Origin: a virus
Direction: 5' to 3' (one strand)
Virus record (IMG/VR): IMGVR_UViG_3300045988_174823
Length of the DNA: 64,000 nucleotides
Shown here: one piece after another, positions 28,127 to 35,017 of the stretch
How the letters are laid out: every line of letters begins with the position of its first letter
Position numbering within the stretch: the first letter of the stretch is position 1
Notes under the pieces: model-generated
The model's input: only the letters and a program-made list of their open reading frames with translations
Told to the model about the DNA's origin: nothing
Databases searched by the model: none
Translations under genes and position numbers: made by a program

Positions 28127-29668
28127 TTACTCTACTACCTCGTACCCGGTCTCAGCCTTGAGACGGGTAATGATGTTTTTGGGGAGACCGTCAGCAGGAC
28201 GCGCCTCAAACGCCAAAAGCGCATCGCCGTACTCTTTGTCGTAGCCTTTGGCGAACGATGCCTGGTCAAGCAGCGCAGCAACGGCACGGGGATTCTCGCG
28301 GAACGAGATACGAGTGGTGCTGCCACCCTTTTCGATGTCGCCCTTGTCGGCACCCTTAGCAAACGCACGGTCGATAACCGTAGCCGAGCGCAGCGATTTC
28401 GGACGCGGCACCTCGCTGCCGTAGCGTTCCAGTTTAGCGGCGAAGCCCTCAATAACCTCGGTCTGGCCTTTGACGACGTCCTCCAGTTCAGCAATACGCT
28501 TAGCGTCCTCAGAGCGTTTCTGGCGAAGATCGTTCACTAAGACGGCCGTAGCTTTGATGTACGACTTGAAGTCGTTACCAACACCCTGAATAGCTTTCAG
28601 GAGATCAGCGTTATCACCCTTTTTCATCTTGGCACCGTTCTTGTCGCACTGCTCAAAGCCTTCGTCGTCATCCTCGGTTTCTTCTTCAGATTCCTCCTTC
28701 TTGCCTGCCTTGGCATTACGCATGTTGGCGGCGTTGTGACGCGGCTCGTCATCATGGGTTTCGTCCTCCTCGCCCATTTGACCGTCGGCGTCATCACCTT
28801 TCTGCACGTCTTCGGCATCAAAAGCGTTGCCCTCGGGCGCAAGCCCCAAAGCGGCATATGCCTTCTCGATGTCCTCGGAAGTGATGGATTTGCGTTTGTT
28901 CATAACCGATATATTTTTAATTAGTGTGTACACTTCATGCGCGTTCGGTATTGTAATATTTGGAATATCACGGAAGATAGCTTCCATGACGGAAGATTTG
29001 GAAAACGTTTTTTTCGGCTGGCCATCGACTGACTCCGGCATTAACGCCGCACCGGATTCTGTGCTTACGGCCTTTTTCTCGGTTTTGCCACCGCGCTCTT
29101 CGGCATTATCCTCTTCTTCCTCCAAATCCACCTTTATTCCGTCAGCGTCAATCTCCCCCTTTATAATATTCACAAACGTATGTGGATTCTTAGGCATATG
29201 TGTTACTGCAACACCTGTTATTACAGCCTTAACGATCTTGTTGTAAAGGGGTGATTTCTTGTCGTTAGAACCGCGCTTCAGAACCTTTCCTTCGATGGAA
29301 TACCCAAGACGACGCGTTTTACTGTCTTCCTCAAGGGTTTTAGCAAGTTCATAAACTTCATTGGCCATAGGCGATGAAGCATACAAATCGCTTTCAATCC
29401 AAAGCCCCTCGGGGCGGAGTTCGACCTTTGACGGCTCGCCAATAATAGCAGCTGGAGAGTTCTTGGCTTGGTGATGCCAATTAACCATGCCTGAATTCTT
29501 CAGCGGCTCAACATCAAAACCAGAAGGATCCAGATACTCACCATCAGCGTCACGATCCATAGTTGAAGCGATACCGCCAATACGCATAACAGGTTCTCCT
29601 GCTTCGTTCGTAGCTTTTTCAATGCGTCCAATAGGACACCAAAAATTGAATCTATCGTCCTTAAACAT
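28127..29668 (-). CDS. prohead serine protease (HK97/S78-like) fused to an acidic scaffolding domain
   Basis: The N-terminus 'RIGGIASTMDRDADGEYLDPSGF...VNWHHQ...IIGEP...GLWIESDL...LGYSIEGKV' matches the S78 pattern. The C-terminal half is Glu/Asp/Lys-rich and coiled-coil-like. Confidence 0.7.
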   Translation of the reverse strand: MFKDDRFNFWCPIGRIEKATNEAGEPVMRIGGIASTMDRDADGEYLDPSGFDVEPLKNSGMVNWHHQAKNSPAAIIGEPSKVELRPEGLWIESDLYASSPMANEVYELAKTLEEDSKTRRLGYSIEGKVLKRGSNDKKSPLYNKIVKAVITGVAVTHMPKNPHTFVNIIKGEIDADGIKVDLEEEEDNAEERGGKTEKKAVSTESGAALMPESVDGQPKKTFSKSSVMEAIFRDIPNITIPNAHEVYTLIKNISVMNKRKSITSEDIEKAYAALGLAPEGNAFDAEDVQKGDDADGQMGEEDETHDDEPRHNAANMRNAKAGKKEESEEETEDDDEGFEQCDKNGAKMKKGDNADLLKAIQGVGNDFKSYIKATAVLVNDLRQKRSEDAKRIAELEDVVKGQTEVIEGFAAKLERYGSEVPRPKSLRSATVIDRAFAKGADKGDIEKGGSTTRISFRENPRAVAALLDQASFAKGYDKEYGDALLAFEARPADGLPKNIITRLKAETGYEVVE

Positions 29669-29700
29669 GTTTACGGCGTTATTGTTACCAACATTATACT

Positions 29701-29804
29701 TGTAATGATCACTATTGGAAACGACGGTAATGTCCTGGACTACCTCGAATATCCTTCCGTTATTTTATCGCCGATTCCGGGATACAGAGAGTTGGTGAGT
29801 GAAT
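29701..29804. repeat. inverted repeat IR-L of the fibre inversion switch
   Basis: Reverse complement of 30595-30698, matching at 103/104 positions. The single mismatch is at 29787. Confidence 0.95.
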
Positions 29805-30178
29805 TTCCATTCTTTATAAAAGAAATGGCAGCTAGCGGCGAAACCAATAAGATCTCTTTTGACAGGAAGATATCTCAAAAAGCCAAACTATACGTTACTG
29901 GTAAAGTACACGCTACCCAAAGTATATTTAGTGATATTATGCTAAACATACCACTTACCCCTGTGAATATGAGTGTTAGTAATGGAAAAGGAGCGTTAAT
30001 AGATATATCGAGTGCTTTTTTTGATTCAATTGGCGACAGCATTTCCGCACGTATTTTAGTAACAAGCGTTGATCTATCGCCGGATGGTATTAGTGCCTTT
30101 AATATTGTTTTACAGACTAAGAATATTTTGCCTAATGATATGTATTACTCAACATTGAATATATATTGTAATGAATAA
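29705..30178 (+). CDS. promoterless alternative C-terminal cassette of the fibre gene (silent in this orientation)
   Basis: The first 34 aa ('MITIGNDGNVLDYLEYPSVILSPIPGYRELVSE') are encoded by IR-L and duplicate an internal fibre segment. The remaining 124 aa are a diverged homologue of the fibre C-terminus. Confidence 0.8.
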   Translation: MITIGNDGNVLDYLEYPSVILSPIPGYRELVSEFPFFIKEMAASGETNKISFDRKISQKAKLYVTGKVHATQSIFSDIMLNIPLTPVNMSVSNGKGALIDISSAFFDSIGDSISARILVTSVDLSPDGISAFNIVLQTKNILPNDMYYSTLNIYCNE

Positions 30179-30179
30179 A

Positions 30180-30211
30180 TTAATCCCCCCTCATGACGAG
30201 GAGGGGATTAA
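30180..30211. terminator. bidirectional hairpin between the two convergent cassettes
   Basis: TTAATCCCCCCTC-atgac-GAGGAGGGGATTAA. It is flanked by A/T on both sides and centred within about 5 bp of the midpoint of the invertible segment. Confidence 0.6.
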
Positions 30212-31678
30212 TTAATAATTAGAGTACAGTTTCAAAAACATATAACTTGAAGAAGTTGAGTCTATATTTCTTCTTTGAACCAAGAGGTTTAATCCAACAG
30301 CGCCAGTTGTACCCACACGCGTCTTAAAACTTACTACCAAGAGCCTAATGGTTCCAACAGTTTTATAATCCGACGATGAAGATAAATGCACCGAACTTAC
30401 TTCTACTAAAACTCCCTGTCCAGTGTCAGGATCAATGTTAGGAACAGTAAGCGGTATATTATAAAACGCGTCTGAAGTAGGATCGCTAGTTTGCCGTATT
30501 GATCCACATAACATTATTTTCGCATTGCGGGGAATTTCTCTGTCGAAGTTTACAGTAACCAAGGCTCCAGTTGTAGTGCCTGTAATTAACGACCATTCAC
30601 TCACCAACTCTTTGTATCCCGGAATCGGCGATAAAATAACGGAAGGATATTCGAGGTAGTCCAGGACATTACCGTCGTTTCCAATAGTGATCATTACATA
30701 CGACGGGCCTTCGGTAATGAGTGTGCCATCATCCCTGACTGGATACATTGTTGCTGAGAAGATTCGGTCGCTGCCAGATTGTAAGCATTGCACAAATCCG
30801 CTCATAAACGCTACGGCAGGAACCTTAAAAAGGGGAAAATACGCCTCAATTAAGGCAGTTGGATTTGTAACAAGGATCGCCTTTATTTTGCCAACTGCTT
30901 TATCACCCCAATCAGCGCTGATAATTTGTTTACCTATTCGTTCACCTCCTTCAATGGCTATGACGTCTATTCCTGAACCGCCAGCACCAATTTGCGTCCA
31001 TTTAATAAGAGTCGTTATGGCGTTTCCTATATAAAAATTATTACTTCCTACGTCTTGTGCAAAATAGTTGATTTGTCCAGCGCTTACCTTTTGCAATATG
31101 CCGATCAAGGCTTCGCTCGTAGGTTTTTGATCGCCTCCAGCGCTGTAGAACGGAATTATTCCTCCAACGGGGAGTTTTTGTACTCGGGCGTTGTTAACAG
31201 TGGCTTTAAAGTCTGTAATATTCAACGGAGTCATATCGGCATCCATACGAAATGCCAAACCGTTATTTACAATCGTATCAATCCATTGCTGGTCGGTTAA
31301 TGCCGTAGGAGGATCTTGTGTAAAGCCGTTTCGGCTGTATATAATATTGTCAACAATATTAAAGACAATGCCATAACACGTAGATCCTGCCCAACATACA
31401 AAACCATTGTAGGCTGCACCGTTGGTAATAATTTTCACTGCGCCATTACCAACTATACGATACATGTTTTGAAACGCCTGGAGTATAGTGCTCGCCGACG
31501 TAATCGAGGTAGCGCCAGTAGTCCGATTGACAAAACCCGTAAGTTTGGCCTGCATGGCATTAAACAGATTGGCAATCTGCCGCGACGTAGCCTTTTCGGT
31601 AGCCGATACCTGAAATTCTTCGTTTCCAGTGAGAGTCGAACGCTTCGTCAGCTTCGACATGTCTATAAAAGTAGGCAT
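30212..31678 (-). CDS. fibre / receptor-binding-type virion protein with a switchable C-terminal domain
   Basis: 488 aa. IR-R lies at codons for 'VMITIGNDG...KELVSE'. The C-terminal 127 aa are encoded inside the invertible segment. Confidence 0.7.
   Translation of the reverse strand: MPTFIDMSKLTKRSTLTGNEEFQVSATEKATSRQIANLFNAMQAKLTGFVNRTTGATSITSASTILQAFQNMYRIVGNGAVKIITNGAAYNGFVCWAGSTCYGIVFNIVDNIIYSRNGFTQDPPTALTDQQWIDTIVNNGLAFRMDADMTPLNITDFKATVNNARVQKLPVGGIIPFYSAGGDQKPTSEALIGILQKVSAGQINYFAQDVGSNNFYIGNAITTLIKWTQIGAGGSGIDVIAIEGGERIGKQIISADWGDKAVGKIKAILVTNPTALIEAYFPLFKVPAVAFMSGFVQCLQSGSDRIFSATMYPVRDDGTLITEGPSYVMITIGNDGNVLDYLEYPSVILSPIPGYKELVSEWSLITGTTTGALVTVNFDREIPRNAKIMLCGSIRQTSDPTSDAFYNIPLTVPNIDPDTGQGVLVEVSSVHLSSSSDYKTVGTIRLLVVSFKTRVGTTGAVGLNLLVQRRNIDSTSSSYMFLKLYSNY
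30595..30698. repeat. inverted repeat IR-R of the fibre inversion switch
   Basis: Reverse complement of 29701-29804. Confidence 0.95.
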
Positions 31679-31699
31679 ATATTTTTTATTTAAAATTTA

Positions 31700-31707
31700 C
31701 AAACTTA
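31700..31707 (-). promoter_or_regulatory. candidate Bacteroidota -7 promoter box upstream of the fibre gene
   Basis: Minus strand TAAGTTTG matches TAnnTTTG exactly, 22-29 nt upstream of the ATG at 31678 in an AT-rich spacer. Confidence 0.3.
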
Positions 31708-31713
31708 TAATTG

Positions 31714-32238
31714 TCACGCCATAATTTCAACGTGCAACGCGGGTTCGTTAGCATCCACGGATACCTTGGCGCTGGCGTATTTGACGTCGCTCAGTGGCGT
31801 AATAATTTTACGACACTTTTCCTCATTGGCCAACGCATTAGTGAAGTCGCGCGGATTTTTCATCCGTGTAATCGACAGATCGATGATGTTGCATTGGCGG
31901 TACAACTCCTCCGTCGTGCAGTGAAGCGATACACGCTGACCCATAGCAGCCTGGTGTTCAATTTCAGCCACCATGAGTTTCTCAACTTCAGAGCGGGCCA
32001 ATTTCTTACAGTTATCGTCGAAAACCTTGGTAACGGCCGCGCCCGGAGCGCGATAACGAATACGCTTGCCAGCATAAAGGTTATCGGCCATAGCCTTGGC
32101 CTGGGCTTCAGGGGCACGCAACGTCGAAGTGATAACGACATCAGGGTTCTTAGTGGCATCAGCCACACGGCTGATAAGATCCTTTACAGTGTCGTTGATT
32201 GCGAACGCCGAAGAGTTAGCGTATGTAATATTTGCCAT
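31714..32238 (-). CDS. hypothetical protein; weak resemblance to LAS/M15-type cell-wall peptidases
   Basis: 'VVITSTLRAPEAQAKAM', 'SLH....IIDLS' and C-terminal 'EPALHVEI' loosely recall the M15 SxHxxGxAxD / ExxH layout. The spacing is atypical. Confidence 0.3.
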   Translation of the reverse strand: MANITYANSSAFAINDTVKDLISRVADATKNPDVVITSTLRAPEAQAKAMADNLYAGKRIRYRAPGAAVTKVFDDNCKKLARSEVEKLMVAEIEHQAAMGQRVSLHCTTEELYRQCNIIDLSITRMKNPRDFTNALANEEKCRKIITPLSDVKYASAKVSVDANEPALHVEIMA

Positions 32239-32632
32239 ACGGAATTGTTATTTTAAGTGATTCTGCACTAATTGAGTTCGTGTTCATCCAATCCAGTAAG
32301 TAATCCGATTTTTCGGAATTACTTAATTTTACAAAATCCTCAGGCGTGATAGCTCGGTCGAGTAAGTAATCACGAAAACCGCTTTCCATGATGGCGATGC
32401 GTTGTCCTTCGGTGGCTACCTTTTGGAACATAGGTGATAACTCGTCAAGAGTTAAGGTGTTCTGGATAGCCTTACGAAATTCCCGTGCATCCAATTCGTT
32501 TAACATCGGGAATTCGCCACGGAATGGTATGAGTTCCGACGGCCGTTTACGGTCGATGTATCGCGACGCTGCACCCCCTACAACCGAAGTCGTGAAGTTA
32601 CGCGGTACACCATATCTTCCTTTGTCTTTCAT
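32216..32632 (-). CDS. hypothetical protein
   Basis: 138-aa ORF, tightly packed. Confidence 0.45.
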   Translation of the reverse strand: MKDKGRYGVPRNFTTSVVGGAASRYIDRKRPSELIPFRGEFPMLNELDAREFRKAIQNTLTLDELSPMFQKVATEGQRIAIMESGFRDYLLDRAITPEDFVKLSNSEKSDYLLDWMNTNSISAESLKITIPYGKYYIR

Positions 32633-32635
32633 GGC

Positions 32636-35014
32636 TTATTTCCTTGTGATTATCTTCGAGCGGTTGAACACAATCATAAATGAGTTGCCGCAGTAATTAC
32701 CATTAGGCTGTATCATGGCGTCGTACCCTTGAAGCGCAGCATACACACCAAGGACTTCGTCGTATGAACGCGAAGATTGGTATATAGCCGCATAAATATC
32801 CTTATCGGGGTCACCGACGCTATTAGAGCTAACTTTGCGCGCTGCGGCACTCTTTTCCTGATAGACCTTGAACGCTTCAGCGCGCTCCTTTTGTAAGCGA
32901 TTCACCTCATCGTCAAGGTTCTTGACAGCTTCTTTCACGGCATCCTCGATTTTACCGTAGTGCTCGCGCATAATCCACCCCTTGAATTGGCGGACAGGAT
33001 AGTTGTACGGGCGCACGAAACCGTTCTTGCGCTTAATAGCATCGTTCTCGTAACGATAGCGCGAAAACACAAATCGCTCTGAAGTGTTAGGCATCTTGAT
33101 GACAAAATCGCCTGTTCCATTACCCTTTTCGGTAATGGTTCCGCCGTTAGCCGTTACCCAACCGCGGAGGTGATTATTCATAAAGTCGTCAAACTTCATA
33201 TATGACGGATTGCCGTCATCGTCAATAGCACCCCAATCGATCACTTGGTCGATTTGAAGCGGAATGTCGGTATATGCCGCGTCATCCCAATGCATAGAGG
33301 TTTTAACCCTTTTCTCGGTGTTGGAGGTGATATTGTGAAGTTCTGACGACAGCTGGTTATAAACGGCTTCGGCTTCTTGTTCTTCTTTCAGAGCCTTCTC
33401 AACTGCAGGAGATTTTCGGGCTGAAAGTTGTTGTATTTCCTTACGAGCATCTTCGACGGTGATGACTTTTGCCGAATCATCCAAAACAGCTTCAATAATA
33501 GCACCATCATCGCTTGCGTAACCGAGTGCGTTCTTATAAGAAGATGTTGATTTGTAGCCTGACGGCGTCTTATTGGCATTGGCTGAATCATTGACGTGAA
33601 AATAGATGCCTTCGCCGCAAACACCTTGTGTACCAAAAAAGCACGTGTCGTTGTACTTAAAATCGTCAGTGTAATACTCCGAATCTGTTCCGCGAGGCTG
33701 TACGCCACGGAACATATGATACTTTGATTTGGCCACTTTGGCCCAGAAAGTGTTATCATCTACAACGTCCGGACGTGCGTCGAAACCACGAGCAGCGCAA
33801 ATGTTAGATAACATTTGCCAACCTACTTGCCTATCGGTATTTGTTAATCGGTCCGTAGGGGTATTGCCATTGACACTCTTGTAAAGGGAATCCAGTTCAT
33901 CTTCCGAGAATTCGCGATACATATCCTCCTCGGACTTCAGGTTACGTGGTTTGACCTTACGATTAGCGCGCTGAATTTTAACTTGATAAATCCCTCGTAT
34001 TCGGTCCAAATCATTGAAACGTCCCTCAATGATAGCACGTATTTTAGATTTGGCGCCGAGTTTTCCAGCGTCAAAAAACGCTAAGATTTCGTCCTTACGG
34101 GCTTTCAAAGCGTCAATCTGGTCGATGAAGTCTTGCGACGTAAGATGGGCAACGATATTCGGATTGTGTTTTATCATACCATCCCAGTCGATCTTGTTGC
34201 CGAACGTCTTAGTCGAACCCTGTGCTCGGTAATTGAACAACCCGCCATTATCGACGCGGTAAACCTTGCCGGCAGCATCTACCAAACAATTGTCGTTTTG
34301 GTATATATCCCAATTGGCTAAAAAGGTGTCAACAACAAAACCCTTAGCCATAGCGGCATAATCCTTAGCCTGGGGTTCTGACACTCCGCGCATGTAGTTA
34401 GAGATAAGCGTCAAATCAGTTCCGTCGTCATACATTTCGTAATCCGGCGTGTCTAATCCAAACAAACTGTACACCTGTGCAACGTAGTATTCCGCGGCGA
34501 CGTGACCGCGGTTAGTGTTCTTTGAACTCTTAACGACAAACTCGCGACCCTTGGCGTCCTTCATCAGGACAGCTCCCGTGGAACCGCCTAATTTCTGTAC
34601 AAAGGTCAGCTGTGAAGGATCAGCCGGGAACATTTCGTTCACCTCCTTCTCCTGTTTAGCCAGTATAGCTTTGGAACGAAAAGCCCCTTTTCCAACAGGT
34701 ATTCCTTGCGGATTCTTGTAAACGCGCCAATCGTACGTCGTCTTTGCATTAGGCGTCAATGTCCAAATATACACCACGCCATCGACTACCTTTGTTTGGC
34801 CAGGCATGATAGCCTTTACAATGTCCGGGTCCTGTTTAACGCCGTGAAGGTGATCATACAACGACTTGGTTACATACAAGCTGTACTCGTAGTCATCGAC
34901 GAACTCGGAACGGGCCTTGTACGCTTCACAGGCTTTCTCCAATACGGCGTCAGAAACAGCACCCTCGGCATTACGGAGGGTGAAAATTTCCAACGCTTTT
35001 CTCAGTTCGTCCAT
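32636..35014 (-). CDS. large multidomain protein: PI3/4-kinase-like atypical kinase domain plus PARP-like ADP-ribosyltransferase-like domain
   Basis: 'GGSTGAVLMKDAKGREFVVK...FLANWDIYQNDNCLVDAAGKVYRVDNGG' resembles the kinase catalytic loop and the DxG/IDNG motif. 'MFRGV...GEGIYFHV...AIIEAVLD' resembles the ART core. Confidence 0.4.
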   Translation of the reverse strand: MDELRKALEIFTLRNAEGAVSDAVLEKACEAYKARSEFVDDYEYSLYVTKSLYDHLHGVKQDPDIVKAIMPGQTKVVDGVVYIWTLTPNAKTTYDWRVYKNPQGIPVGKGAFRSKAILAKQEKEVNEMFPADPSQLTFVQKLGGSTGAVLMKDAKGREFVVKSSKNTNRGHVAAEYYVAQVYSLFGLDTPDYEMYDDGTDLTLISNYMRGVSEPQAKDYAAMAKGFVVDTFLANWDIYQNDNCLVDAAGKVYRVDNGGLFNYRAQGSTKTFGNKIDWDGMIKHNPNIVAHLTSQDFIDQIDALKARKDEILAFFDAGKLGAKSKIRAIIEGRFNDLDRIRGIYQVKIQRANRKVKPRNLKSEEDMYREFSEDELDSLYKSVNGNTPTDRLTNTDRQVGWQMLSNICAARGFDARPDVVDDNTFWAKVAKSKYHMFRGVQPRGTDSEYYTDDFKYNDTCFFGTQGVCGEGIYFHVNDSANANKTPSGYKSTSSYKNALGYASDDGAIIEAVLDDSAKVITVEDARKEIQQLSARKSPAVEKALKEEQEAEAVYNQLSSELHNITSNTEKRVKTSMHWDDAAYTDIPLQIDQVIDWGAIDDDGNPSYMKFDDFMNNHLRGWVTANGGTITEKGNGTGDFVIKMPNTSERFVFSRYRYENDAIKRKNGFVRPYNYPVRQFKGWIMREHYGKIEDAVKEAVKNLDDEVNRLQKERAEAFKVYQEKSAAARKVSSNSVGDPDKDIYAAIYQSSRSYDEVLGVYAALQGYDAMIQPNGNYCGNSFMIVFNRSKIITRK

Positions 35015-35017
35015 AAA

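Larger units (their letters stand above)
29701..30698. other. invertible DNA segment (G-segment-like host-range switch), 790-bp core plus 2 x 104-bp IRs
   Basis: The architecture is IR-L, cassette B (+), hairpin, cassette A (-), IR-R. Inversion keeps the reading frame. Confidence 0.75.

Noticed and set aside
26948-28540. 530-aa plus-strand ORF, the longest plus-strand ORF in the window
   Set aside because: It lies exactly antisense to the major capsid and scaffold genes. Its translation is Arg/Leu/Val/Gly-rich and low in complexity, with no motifs. This is a typical shadow ORF produced by GC3-biased, RNY-periodic coding on the opposite strand.
29701-30698. Possibility that the repeat pair is a diversity-generating retroelement (TR/VR)
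   Set aside because: The copies are inverted and match at 103/104 positions, with no adenine-specific mismatches. The variable parts are diverged whole domains and not point-mutated. No reverse transcriptase is present in the window.
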